Source: Brevibacterium luteolum
GTDB lineage: Bacteria > Actinomycetota > Actinomycetes > Actinomycetales > Brevibacteriaceae
Length of the DNA: 64,000 nucleotides
Direction of reading: 5' to 3'
Assembly (NCBI RefSeq): GCF_013004595.1
Contig: NZ_JABEMC010000002.1
Coordinates: 310,001 to 374,000, forward strand
Numbering within the stretch: the first letter of the stretch is position 1; every line of letters begins with the position of its first letter. A program made the translations under genes and the position numbers. Below are positions 8,574 through 17,688 of this stretch, piece by piece. Under the pieces are notes generated by a model. It searched no databases and was not told the DNA's origin. It saw only the letters and a program-made list of their open reading frames with translations.

Positions 8574-9053
8574 TCAGCGCCTGCCGAGCAGGTGGTCGGG
8601 GAAGCGGTCGCGTTCGTAGGTGACGGTGTCGTAACCGTGTTCGACGGGCCGGCCGTGCTCGTCGAGGCCGACGAAGACGATCTTGTCGATCGAGAGGATG
8701 ATCTCGCCGGTGATGATGTTGCGGACCTGGCAGCGCATCGTCAGGGAGGTGCGCCCGAACTTCACGGCCACCAGCCCGATCTCGATGATGTCGCCCTGGG
8801 TCGCGGAGGCAAGGAAGTTGATCTCGGAGATGAACTTCGTCACGATCCGCTGGTTGCCCAGCTGGATCATCGCGTAGACGACAGCTTCGTCGTCGATCCA
8901 GCGCAGCAGCGAGCCGCCGAACAGGGTGCCGTTGGCGTTGAGGTCTTCGGGCCGCACCCATTTGCGGGTGTGGAAGTTCATCGCCGGGCGGCCGGCCTCG
9001 TCGCGGGCAGTGGATTCGTCGGTGCCGAGCAGGGGATTCGTCGCGTCGCTCAT
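8574..9053 (-). CDS. Acyl-CoA thioesterase (hotdog fold)
   Basis: DLNANGTLFGGSLLRWIDDEA, GDIIE, GRTS. Confidence 0.9.
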   Translation of the reverse strand: MSDATNPLLGTDESTARDEAGRPAMNFHTRKWVRPEDLNANGTLFGGSLLRWIDDEAVVYAMIQLGNQRIVTKFISEINFLASATQGDIIEIGLVAVKFGRTSLTMRCQVRNIITGEIILSIDKIVFVGLDEHGRPVEHGYDTVTYERDRFPDHLLGRR

Positions 9054-9062
9054 GTGCCCAGT

Positions 9063-9761
9063 CTAGGCATCGGGGTTCGCGGCGGGGTCGGTGGCCGGTC
9101 CCGAGGCGGTGGTGCGGCGGGCCTGGGAGCGGCGGGAGTAGCCGCCGAGCATGTAGAGCACGCCGGAGGCGAGCATGCCGGCGCCGGTGAAGCCGATGAC
9201 GGTCAGTGCTCCCATATCGTCGCCGAAGGCGATGATGATGCCGATGAGGGCGTGGATGCCTCCGACGATGAGGAAGTCCGAGGAGCTCGGCAGGCTGCGC
9301 ACCAGCGACCACAGCCACAGTTCGCAGGCGGCGTGCAGCAGCGCCCACACCGCGACGGCGGCGCGCAGCTGGCCGGGCTGTTCGGCGAGGAACAGGAAGA
9401 TGATCGCCGGGATGACGATGACCGCCTGGCCGAGCACCGGGGTGCGGGCGGAGGTGGTGACGGCGCGGGCGAAGCCGAGGATGAGCAGACCCTGGACGAC
9501 GAGGTAGCCGATGAGCAGGTAGTCGGCGGTGTCGACGCGCAGGGCGAGCTGAGCGGGCCCGCCGATCTGCTCGCGGGGGAAGAAGACGGTGACGATGCCG
9601 AAGATGAATGCCGCGGCACCGCGGGCGAACATCCACGTGCCGCGGGCGGACTGACCGGCCCGGATCTCAGCTGGGCTGACCGCCTCATCTGCGCTGTGCG
9701 TCTCGTCTGCGCTGTGCGTCTCGTCGGGCTCTGGTGCTCCTGCGGGGGTATCAGACATCAC
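9063..9761 (-). CDS. Membrane protein (HdeD/DUF308-like)
   Basis: About six hydrophobic segments; W-FARG N-terminal motif. Confidence 0.6.
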   Translation of the reverse strand: MMSDTPAGAPEPDETHSADETHSADEAVSPAEIRAGQSARGTWMFARGAAAFIFGIVTVFFPREQIGGPAQLALRVDTADYLLIGYLVVQGLLILGFARAVTTSARTPVLGQAVIVIPAIIFLFLAEQPGQLRAAVAVWALLHAACELWLWSLVRSLPSSSDFLIVGGIHALIGIIIAFGDDMGALTVIGFTGAGMLASGVLYMLGGYSRRSQARRTTASGPATDPAANPDA

Positions 9762-9828
9762 CGCCCAAGTGTAGCGGCAGGCCCACGCGGTGCGGATGCC
9801 AGCGTCGACGGGCCTGACCCGCCCGACA

Positions 9829-9866
9829 AATCCGTACTTTCAATAATTCCGTATTTCTTGTATAAC
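9829..9866 (+). promoter_or_regulatory. Direct repeats TCCGTA(C/T)TT and -10 TATAAC of a leaderless regulator gene
   Basis: AATCCGTACTTT and ATTCCGTATTTC 17 bp apart; TATAAC 9861-9866 lies 6 nt before ATG 9873. Confidence 0.55.
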
Positions 9867-9872
9867 TGGGGT

Positions 9873-10481
9873 ATGACCGATTCTGCTCCCGATGCACTGC
9901 GCGAGCGGCTCAGCGCGCTCGAAGACCGCATCGCCGCCCTCGAAGCACGCCAGCCCGGCACCGCCGCCGACCCAGCACCCGCCGACCCGGCACCGGGAGG
10001 CCCCGCTTCACCGTACGGATCTGAGGCAACGCCACACGGATCTGAAACGCCAGCACCGCCCGCGGTGGATCCGGCGCGCAGCTCGCTGTGGGCGCTCGAG
10101 GGTCTCAAACAGGCCACCGGCGGGGCCGGCGGGATCCTCTTCACCGGGGATCTGCCGCAGACTCCGGCCGGTCCGGTGTCCTGGCAGTACGGGCGGCCGG
10201 CCGGCTACATCGACGACCTCGACTTCACCGCCGCCGCCACCAGGCTCGACGCCCTCGGCCACCCCGTGCGGCTGGGACTGTTGCAGGAGATCTACCTCGG
10301 CACCACCTCGGTCGCGGGGCTCTCCGAGCTCGGCCGCTTCGGCTCGACCGGGCAGATCTACCACCACCTGCAGCAGCTGGCGAGCGCCGGCTGGCTCGAA
10401 TCACCGCAGCGCGGGCAGTGGCGCATACCCGTCGAGCGCGTCATCCCCGTCCTCACGATCATCATCGCCGCGGTCGGCTGA
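9873..10481 (+). CDS. ArsR-family winged-helix regulator
   Basis: ALGHPVRL...STGQIYHHLQQLASAGW; start reassigned within ORF 8460..10481. Confidence 0.85.
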   Translation: MTDSAPDALRERLSALEDRIAALEARQPGTAADPAPADPAPGGPASPYGSEATPHGSETPAPPAVDPARSSLWALEGLKQATGGAGGILFTGDLPQTPAGPVSWQYGRPAGYIDDLDFTAAATRLDALGHPVRLGLLQEIYLGTTSVAGLSELGRFGSTGQIYHHLQQLASAGWLESPQRGQWRIPVERVIPVLTIIIAAVG

Positions 10482-10536
10482 GCGCCGTCCTGCCACCGAC
10501 TCGCCGCTTTCCGTCAGCAACGCACAGGAGGGACGC

Positions 10537-11697
10537 ATGGCTTACCGCACCTCGCCCACCGAGCACCCGAACACCGAGCACCCGAACACCGCCCACCCGA
10601 GCACCGGCCGCACACCGCGGCGCTTGCTGTGGCCCGGCGCTGCCGCACTCGCCGTGGCGCTGCTGCTCACCGGTCTGTCCCCGCTGTTCCCGCGCCTCGG
10701 CGCACCGACCGGTGACCGCGCGCTCGGAGAAGCGGTCATCGAGGCCGTCGGCTCCCGCGACCGCCATCATGTCGCGATCGCGCAGGTGACGCCGGGTGGC
10801 GATGAGATCCGGTATGCCGGTTTCGGTGCAGATGCGCACACCGAGTTCGAGATCGGCTCGATCACGAAGACCTTCACCGCCGTGCTGTTCGCGCAGGCGA
10901 TCGAACGCGGCGAGGTCACCGCGGACACGACGCTCGGCGAACTGTTCGGCCCCGCGGCCGGCGCCGCCTCCGAGGTGACCCTGCTGCAGCTGGCGACCCA
11001 CACCTCGGGGCTGCCGCGGCTGCCACCGGGGAACCCGCTGCCGAATTTCGTCGCCGCGGTGCTGCACACCGATCCGTACACGGAATCCGCTGACGATCTG
11101 CTCGCCGGGCTCTCCGACATCAGCACCCCCACCGCCGTCGCAGCCGACGCCGCTGCAGGCGAGTACTCGAACTACGGCTACGCCCTGCTCGGCCTCGCAC
11201 TGGCCCAAGCGGCAGACACCGACTATCCGCGTCTGCTGCAGGAGCGGATCCTCACCCCGCTCGGCATGGACGATACATATCTGCCCGTCGAACGCGGCGG
11301 GTTGAGCGCCGGAGCCCCGCGCGGCCTGGCCGCCGGCGGCATCCCCGCCTCACCGTGGACGATGGCTGCCAGCGCACCGGCCGGGGGCATCCGCTCGACT
11401 GCAGCCGATATGGCCCGGTACCTGCAGGCGGTCATGACCACCGACCTGCCCGGCAGCGGCGACGCGACCACACCGCACGCCCTGCTCAATGAGGAGACGG
11501 AGATCGGATACGGCTGGCTCATCGAGGCCCAGGCGGATCCCGCACTGACATTCCACAACGGCGGCACCGGGGGTTTCCGCTCGGTAACCGGATTCACCGC
11601 CGACGGTGCCGGACTCGTCGTGCTCAGCGACACGACGCGCTCGGTCGATGCCGCACTCGATCTGCTGAGCACGCCGGCCGGGAAGGAGACCTCATGA
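10537..11697 (+). CDS. Serine hydrolase, beta-lactamase/AmpC-like family
   Basis: FEIGSITK (SxxK), LATHTSGL, YSN, HNGGTGG; AGGAGG RBS; N-terminal TM. Confidence 0.88.
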   Translation: MAYRTSPTEHPNTEHPNTAHPSTGRTPRRLLWPGAAALAVALLLTGLSPLFPRLGAPTGDRALGEAVIEAVGSRDRHHVAIAQVTPGGDEIRYAGFGADAHTEFEIGSITKTFTAVLFAQAIERGEVTADTTLGELFGPAAGAASEVTLLQLATHTSGLPRLPPGNPLPNFVAAVLHTDPYTESADDLLAGLSDISTPTAVAADAAAGEYSNYGYALLGLALAQAADTDYPRLLQERILTPLGMDDTYLPVERGGLSAGAPRGLAAGGIPASPWTMAASAPAGGIRSTAADMARYLQAVMTTDLPGSGDATTPHALLNEETEIGYGWLIEAQADPALTFHNGGTGGFRSVTGFTADGAGLVVLSDTTRSVDAALDLLSTPAGKETS

Positions 11698-12074
11698 CCC
11701 TGTACGCGACCATCGTCTTCCTCGGACTCATCGTCTTCTACGCCGCCGTGGCGGTATGGCGAGCGCGGCAGGCCAGCCGCGCAGCCGCGTCGGTCTCGCG
11801 CCTCGGGCTCATCGTCTCGATCGCGGCAGCCCTGGCGGTCTTCGTCTTCCAGTGGATGCTCGTGAGCCTGCCCAGCTGGGCGTATCTCATCTGGGTGCCG
11901 GCAGCCCTGGCCCTCGTCTACGCCACGTTCGAGGCCGTGCGCATCGGTCCGCAGCTGCCGTGGCTCAGGCCCGGCCACCGGCGCTCTGACATAGCCGCAG
12001 CGCTGGCTGAAGGGACGTTCGCGCTGCTCGTCATCGCAGCCGTGGTCGCCTCTGTCGTCCTGGCGCTGCAGTGA
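11694..12074 (+). CDS. Small membrane protein
   Basis: ATGA overlap with the hydrolase; four hydrophobic segments. Confidence 0.7.
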   Translation: MTLYATIVFLGLIVFYAAVAVWRARQASRAAASVSRLGLIVSIAAALAVFVFQWMLVSLPSWAYLIWVPAALALVYATFEAVRIGPQLPWLRPGHRRSDIAAALAEGTFALLVIAAVVASVVLALQ

Positions 12075-12078
12075 AACC

Positions 12079-12498
12079 TCAGGCGTCTCCGGTCATGCTG
12101 ATCGTCAGCTCATCGCCTGACTGCGTGATCTTCGCGGCGGCTAAGCCGGTTTCGGCTGGGCCGGAGAGCGGCTCTCCGGTCTTCGGGTCGAACCGGGAGC
12201 TGTGACAGGGGCAGATGATCTCCTCTTCCGTCACCGTCTGCACCAAGCAGCCCTGGTGCGGGCAGATCGCGTTGAACGCGTGGAAGTCCCCCTCGGTGGG
12301 CTGGGCGACGACGTACCGGTCGTCGACGACGACACCTGAGCCGACCGGCACCTCGGCCGCGGCCACGGTCGAGGGCTCGACGATGTCGTCGTCAGTGCCC
12401 GAGCAGCCTGACAGCGCTGCAGTCCCGCCGATGCTGGCGGCACCACCGGCCAGGGCTGACAGCTGCACCATGCGCCTGCGGCTCATCTCGTTGCTCAT
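12079..12498 (-). CDS. Tat-exported Rieske 2Fe-2S (lipo)protein
   Basis: SRRRM signal, LSGC lipobox, CPHQGC and CPCHSSRF motifs; start reassigned to ATG 12498. Confidence 0.88.
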   Translation of the reverse strand: MSNEMSRRRMVQLSALAGGAASIGGTAALSGCSGTDDDIVEPSTVAAAEVPVGSGVVVDDRYVVAQPTEGDFHAFNAICPHQGCLVQTVTEEEIICPCHSSRFDPKTGEPLSGPAETGLAAAKITQSGDELTISMTGDA

Positions 12499-13166
12499 GC
12501 GTTCTCTTCTCCTGTCCTGCTCTTCCCTCGCGGGGTCACGGTGTCCTCGATGACGAGCCTGCCGCTGCCGCCGGGGCTCGTCCATTTCCCGCGCAGCGCA
12601 TCGGCTTCGTCGACGCCCTGCATCATCGTGCGGTCGACCGGCGTGCCGACGGGGATGACGCTCAGCGTCCCGCTCGGCTCCAGGATGACACACTGGGCGT
12701 CCTGCAGCCGTCCCAGCCCCGCCCTGCGCACGGCGATCTGCACATCATCGGCGGTGACGTGCACGCGCCGCATCACCCGGGTGAGCATCGCGCCGTGGGC
12801 GACGATGAGGATCGGCTGGTTGTTCAGCGCCCGGTGCATCGGCAGAGAACTGCGCAGCGCCCCGAACAGCGCCTCCAGGCACATGAGGGTGACGAGCCCG
12901 ATCGCACCGGCGGAGACCGTCGGCGGGTGTCCGATGATGACCCGGCCGGCGACCGCACCGACCATGATGGCGACCACAGCGTCGAAGCTCGTGATGCCGG
13001 AGAGGACGCGGGCGCCGAAGATCCGCAGCAGGATGACGAAGACGGCGTAGATGAGGATCGCGGAGACGATGACGACGGGGATCCGCCACAGTTCGATGCC
13101 GAGCGTCTCGAGCAGCGCCGCCTGCCAGCCCTGCGGCGGAGTCAGGGACACGACGGCAGGGGTCAT
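12495..13166 (-). CDS. DUF421/YetF membrane protein
   Basis: LLRIFGAR..S..TSFD, three TMs, ILEPSGTLSVI. Confidence 0.85.
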   Translation of the reverse strand: MTPAVVSLTPPQGWQAALLETLGIELWRIPVVIVSAILIYAVFVILLRIFGARVLSGITSFDAVVAIMVGAVAGRVIIGHPPTVSAGAIGLVTLMCLEALFGALRSSLPMHRALNNQPILIVAHGAMLTRVMRRVHVTADDVQIAVRRAGLGRLQDAQCVILEPSGTLSVIPVGTPVDRTMMQGVDEADALRGKWTSPGGSGRLVIEDTVTPRGKSRTGEENA

Positions 13167-14260
13167 CGGAGCACCTCGCGCAGCACCGGCCAGGTGCGCT
13201 TCATCCGTTCCCGTCCGTAGGCGGCGCGCGGATCATCGGCCCGGGCGGTGAGTGTGCGGGAGGTCCAGATGCAGGCATTGAGGCACAGCCGGGTGAACGC
13301 GGCGTGCTCGATGAGGCCGAGCTCGGTTCCCGTCAGCTCGGCGGGCGTGCCGGCGACAGCAGTCTGATAGGCGGCCACGGCCTGGCGCAGTGCTGTCAGC
13401 GGCCGGTCCGTGCCGAGCATCGTGTAGGCCGCAGCGATCGCCAGCTCGGCCACCCGTGGGGCGGTGCGCGCATCGCCGAAGTCGATGATCCCGGTGATCT
13501 TCCCGTCGCCGACGAGCAGATTGAAGTCATTGAGGTCCTGGTGGACGACCTGCCTCTCAAGCCCGTCCAGCTGCGGGACGATGTCGGCCTCGAAGCGCTG
13601 CGCGGCCGCCCGGGCCAGGGCGAGGTCGCCGGAGAGCTGGCCGCTGACCTCGGCCGCAACCTGTCCGGCGGCTTCGAGGCTGGCGATGCGCTGACAGGCG
13701 AAGAGGACGTTGGCACCGGTGGTCTCGAACGACCAGGGGTGCACCATGGGACCGGGTTCCCCGGCCATGCCAGCCAGTGCGTTGACCACCGCAGCTGCCG
13801 TCCGGCCCACCTGGGCGGGGTAGTTCTCGGGCAGGTGAGCGCCGGCAGCGACCCGGCCGGGCAGGTACTCCTGGATGCGTATGAGCGCCGGCTGCGTCCC
13901 CGCGGGGACGTCGACGCTGGCGACGAACGGCCGGTGCTCCTCCCCTGCCCGGGTGTGGCCCGCCTCGGCGACCCCCGCGTCGGCAGCGGCGTCTGTCAGG
14001 GCCGGGACCTGGCCGGCGACCGGCAGGCAGGCCCGGGCAGCGGTCTCCTGCACGCGGGTGATCCAGTCGATGTGGCCCGGGCTCATCGTGCGGGTGGGGT
14101 ATTCGGCCTTGAGCACGTAGTCGCGGCCGGCGGCGCGCAGGCGCACGTTGATGGCGATCTCGCCGGGCAGGAACTCGCCGACCTCGGCGTCGAGGCCGAA
14201 GTGGGTGCGGCAGATCTCGGTGAGCTCTGCGGCGGTGAGCGTGTGCAGCGGCCGGTTCAT
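13163..14260 (-). CDS. APH-superfamily phosphotransferase (hydroxylysine-kinase-like)
   Basis: HQDLNDFNLL and GIIDFGD motifs; start reassigned to ATG 14260. Confidence 0.82.
   Translation of the reverse strand: MNRPLHTLTAAELTEICRTHFGLDAEVGEFLPGEIAINVRLRAAGRDYVLKAEYPTRTMSPGHIDWITRVQETAARACLPVAGQVPALTDAAADAGVAEAGHTRAGEEHRPFVASVDVPAGTQPALIRIQEYLPGRVAAGAHLPENYPAQVGRTAAAVVNALAGMAGEPGPMVHPWSFETTGANVLFACQRIASLEAAGQVAAEVSGQLSGDLALARAAAQRFEADIVPQLDGLERQVVHQDLNDFNLLVGDGKITGIIDFGDARTAPRVAELAIAAAYTMLGTDRPLTALRQAVAAYQTAVAGTPAELTGTELGLIEHAAFTRLCLNACIWTSRTLTARADDPRAAYGRERMKRTWPVLREVLR
13895..13910. repeat. Palindrome CGTCCCCGCGGGGACG, copy 3 (inside kinase CDS, encodes VPAGT)
   Basis: Perfect 16-bp inverted repeat. 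Confidence 0.95.
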
Positions 14261-14330
14261 ATGTTCAGGGTATCGGTTCGGGCCGGTGGAATCTGTACCG
14301 TCCGGGCTGAGGATGTGGGACGCTGGGGCC

Positions 14331-15632
14331 ATGGCGCAGATGCACATGGCCAACGCCTTCGATCCCGAATCCGCTCCCGAGGTGCCGGCGCGCACGGCTG
14401 CCCTGCTCGCCCGGCGCGACGCGGCGCTGTCATCGAGCTACCGGCTGTTCTACCGGGAGCCGGTCGAGGTCGTGCGCGCCGAGGGCGCGTGGCTGTACGG
14501 CTCGGACGGCCGCCCGCACCTGGACATGTACAACAACGTCCCGGCGATCGGGCATGCGCATCCGGCCGTGACCGAGGCGGTGACCCGGCAGCTGGGCCGG
14601 CTCAACACGCACACCCGGTATCTGACCGAGGGGATCCTCGACTACTCCGAGGCCCTGCTGGCGACCTTCCCGGCGGCGCTGGACCAGGTCACCTATGCCT
14701 GCTCCGGGTCCGAGGCGGTGGACCTGGCGGTCCGGATGGCCCGGTTCGCCACCGGTCGTGAGGGTGTCATCATCTCCGCCAACGCCTACCACGGCACAAC
14801 GGCGCTGGCAGCGAGCCTGTCGCCGAGCCTGGGGGTCAACAATCCCATCGCCGAGGCGGTGGCGAGAGTCGACATGCGTCCGGGGATGAGCGTGGAGACG
14901 CTGGCCGCTGAGGTGCGGGCGGCAGCAGCCGATCTGGAGGCGCGCGGGCACGGGGTGGCGGCGGTGATCTTCGATTCGATCTTCTCCTCTGATGGGGTGC
15001 TACCCGAACCGGTGGGCGGCTTAGCCGCTGCTGCAGATGTGGTGCGGGCCTTCGGCGGGTGTGTCATCGCCGATGAGGTGCAGGCCGGGTTCGGGCGCAC
15101 CGGTACGATGTGGGGGTTCTCCCGGCACGGCATGGAGCCGGATCTCGTGGTGCTCGGCAAGCCGATGGGCAACGGGATGCCGATCTCCGCGGTCGTCAGC
15201 CGGCGGGAGATCTCCGATGCGTTCGGCGCGAGTGTGCGCTATTTCAACACCTTCGGCGGCAATCCGGTGTGCATCGCGGCAGCCCAGGCAGTCCTCGATG
15301 TCATCACCGGGTCGCTGCTGGCCCGGCATGCAGAGCAGCTCGGGCAGGTGCTCGCCGACGGCTTAGCCGTTCGTGCCGGGCGCACCGACCTGCTCGGGGA
15401 TGTGCGAGCGGCCGGGCTGTTCGTCGGCGTCGATGTGCGCGGGTCCGCTGCGCGGCCACCGGCTGAGGCCGCTGCGGCGATCGTCAACGGGCTGCGCCAA
15501 CGCCGGGTGCTCATCTCCGCCTCGGGACCGGGCGCCGATGTGCTCAAGATCCGCCCGCCGCTGGTCTTCGATGAGCCCGAGGCCGAGGTGTTCTTCGCAG
15601 CACTCGACGACACGCTCGACGAGCTGAGCTGA
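14331..15632 (+). CDS. Class III PLP aminotransferase / phospho-lyase (AGXT2L-like)
   Basis: LDMYNNV..GHAHP, DEVQAGFGRTG, LGKPMGNG, FNTFGGNP, LKIRPPL. Confidence 0.88.
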   Translation: MAQMHMANAFDPESAPEVPARTAALLARRDAALSSSYRLFYREPVEVVRAEGAWLYGSDGRPHLDMYNNVPAIGHAHPAVTEAVTRQLGRLNTHTRYLTEGILDYSEALLATFPAALDQVTYACSGSEAVDLAVRMARFATGREGVIISANAYHGTTALAASLSPSLGVNNPIAEAVARVDMRPGMSVETLAAEVRAAAADLEARGHGVAAVIFDSIFSSDGVLPEPVGGLAAAADVVRAFGGCVIADEVQAGFGRTGTMWGFSRHGMEPDLVVLGKPMGNGMPISAVVSRREISDAFGASVRYFNTFGGNPVCIAAAQAVLDVITGSLLARHAEQLGQVLADGLAVRAGRTDLLGDVRAAGLFVGVDVRGSAARPPAEAAAAIVNGLRQRRVLISASGPGADVLKIRPPLVFDEPEAEVFFAALDDTLDELS

Positions 15633-15641
15633 TCCGGCGAC

Positions 15642-15659
15642 ACGTCCCCGCGGGGACGT
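15642..15659. repeat. Palindrome ACGTCCCCGCGGGGACGT, copy 4 (between convergent genes)
   Basis: Perfect 18-bp inverted repeat. Confidence 0.95.
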
Positions 15660-16483
15660 CACCTGCCGGCACTGGGCGGGCGGCCATCGTCGCCGGTCTC
15701 CCCCGCCTCGGGCGCGGTGTCCGTTTTCGAGGCGGTGGTGTCCTCGGAGGTGACCTCGTCGATGACCTCGCGGGCGACCTCTCGGGCGGTTTCCTTGGCC
15801 CGGCGCACCGGTGCGCGGAAGGCTGAGGCGGTGCGCTTCATGCCGGCGCCCACCCCGCGGTAGCTCCATCCGCGGATGCTGCCTGGGGCCCGCCAGCCGC
15901 GGAGCCAGGCGGTGAGCCGGAAGGCGAAGACGACGCTGGCGGCGGCAATCGTCACCCACACGTTCCAGATGCTCGTCTGCTGGCCGAGTGCTGCCAGCAG
16001 TGCACCGCAGAAGGCGGGGATGATGTAGAGCTCGGAGCCGGAGAACACGGCCGGGATCTCGTTGGCGACGACATCACGCATCAGCCCGCCGCCGACGGCG
16101 GTGATGATGCCGAGCATAATCGAGCCGTAGACGTTCATGCCGTGCTCCAAGGCGATGATCGTGCCGGTGGTGCAGAACAGCGCGAGGCCGGCGGCGTCGA
16201 AGATGACGATCGGCAGACGGGCGCGTTCAGTGTGCCGGCCGATGAAGTAGACGAGGAGGGCGGCCAGCAGCGGGATGAGCAGGTAGATCGGCTCGCGCAG
16301 CGACGTCGGCACCTCACCGAGGACGACATCGCGGATGATGCCGCCGCCCAGGCTGGCAAGGTAGCCGAGCACCACCCCGCCGGTGATGTCGAAGTCCTTG
16401 CGCGCGGCGAGCAGGTTGCCCGAGATCGCGAAGGCGAAGACGCCGACGAGTTCTAAGATGAACAGTGCGACTGAGACGTTCAC
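15659..16483 (-). CDS. Trimeric intracellular cation channel family (YadS/UPF0126) protein
   Basis: FAISG, GGGIIRD and GGGLMRD repeats. Confidence 0.88.
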   Translation of the reverse strand: MNVSVALFILELVGVFAFAISGNLLAARKDFDITGGVVLGYLASLGGGIIRDVVLGEVPTSLREPIYLLIPLLAALLVYFIGRHTERARLPIVIFDAAGLALFCTTGTIIALEHGMNVYGSIMLGIITAVGGGLMRDVVANEIPAVFSGSELYIIPAFCGALLAALGQQTSIWNVWVTIAAASVVFAFRLTAWLRGWRAPGSIRGWSYRGVGAGMKRTASAFRAPVRRAKETAREVAREVIDEVTSEDTTASKTDTAPEAGETGDDGRPPSAGR

Positions 16484-16532
16484 GGCCTCAGCCTACGTCA
16501 CGCGTCACATGCTCGGTCACCGGCTGCTCCTG

Positions 16533-16548
16533 CGTCCCCGCGGGGACG
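16533..16548. repeat. Palindrome CGTCCCCGCGGGGACG, copy 5 (intergenic)
   Basis: Perfect 16-bp inverted repeat. Confidence 0.95.
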
Positions 16549-16583
16549 TGGTTGGGGCGTCGAACGATCTGGAAAGTCGGTAC

Positions 16584-17507
16584 TCAGCCGTCGACGGCGT
16601 CGGCGAGCGCGGTGAGGAGGGCGACCTCGGTGCCGGCTAAGCCGCGGGAGAGGTACACGCGGCGGCCGTCGGTGCGCGGGCGGACCTCGTTGTTGGCGAT
16701 CTGGCCGAGCGGGATGATCGCCTCGGCCCCGCCGGGCGGCAGCAGCGCCTCTGGGTCGGCCAGGTGCTGGTCGCGTGCGTCGGTGACGACGTAGGCGCCG
16801 GTGAGCAGGTCGTCAGGGATCTCCGAGCCCGAGGCGGCGGCTGGCCCGAGAGTGGAGATGAGGCAGTCCTCGGCAAGCCAGCTGGTGTCGATGACCGGGG
16901 TCTGGGAGGTGGTGGCGAGAATGACGATGCTTGCCTCGCGCACCGCCTCTTCGGCGGTCTCCACGGCCGTGGCGGTGAGACCGTAGCTGCTGGCGGCATG
17001 TTCAGCCAGTTCAGCGCGGCGTTTGAGAGTCGGCGCGTAGATGCGCACGTCCTCGATCCCGACGACTGCGCGCAGCGCCCACAGCTGCTGGGCGGCCTGC
17101 CGGCCGGCGCCGATGAGTGCGACCCGGTGCGGGCCATCGCCTGCGACATAGCGGGCGGCCGCACCGCCGAGCGCGCCGGTGCGGCGGTTGCCGAGCAGGG
17201 AGCCCACCGCGATCGCCTCGAGCGCGCCGGTCTCCCGGTTGAAGGCCGTGACGAGCTGCTCTTCTTCTGCGCCACCGGGAAGCTGCCGGTCGCGCACATA
17301 GGACCGGTAGCCCAGATGCGTGGTGGTCGCACCGGCTGTGATGACGAGGGTGCCAGCATCGAGGCCGGCCGCCTGCAGCGGTGCGCGCAGCCGGGGCGGG
17401 CAGGCGAACTCGTCTCGTCCATCGGCGGCGAGCGCGGCGCACATCGTGTCGACGGCCAGGCGCGGGGTCAGGCGGGTGCGGATATCGGCGTCGGTGAAGA
17501 TGCGCAT
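16584..17507 (-). CDS. Ornithine cyclodeaminase/mu-crystallin family protein
   Basis: RTGA, IGAGRQA, ATTS..P, S.GLA; -10 TAGACT 7 nt before ATG 17507 (leaderless). Confidence 0.85.
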   Translation of the reverse strand: MRIFTDADIRTRLTPRLAVDTMCAALAADGRDEFACPPRLRAPLQAAGLDAGTLVITAGATTTHLGYRSYVRDRQLPGGAEEEQLVTAFNRETGALEAIAVGSLLGNRRTGALGGAAARYVAGDGPHRVALIGAGRQAAQQLWALRAVVGIEDVRIYAPTLKRRAELAEHAASSYGLTATAVETAEEAVREASIVILATTSQTPVIDTSWLAEDCLISTLGPAAASGSEIPDDLLTGAYVVTDARDQHLADPEALLPPGGAEAIIPLGQIANNEVRPRTDGRRVYLSRGLAGTEVALLTALADAVDG

Positions 17508-17688
17508 GCCACTGAGTCTAGGCCGCTGCCAGGAACCCGGCCAGACTGTCCGACCAGGCTGTCCGGCCAGGGAACTCTGAGGTTCGGCTGACTGATATTC
17601 CAGCTTCGCTTGCTTGTGTGGGTCATGGCCGGTCACCCACGGCCGGTCGGAGAACGCACAGATCCCAAGTCGTCAGAAAGGTGGATCC

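Noticed and set aside
8460..9872. Long N-terminal part of ORF 8460..10481
   Set aside because: Antisense to two real genes; the true start is ATG 9873.
17520..17688. c-di-AMP (ydaO) riboswitch upstream of the M23 gene
   Set aside because: Conserved GCUGAAUC and CCCGUCAGCUAAC elements not found.
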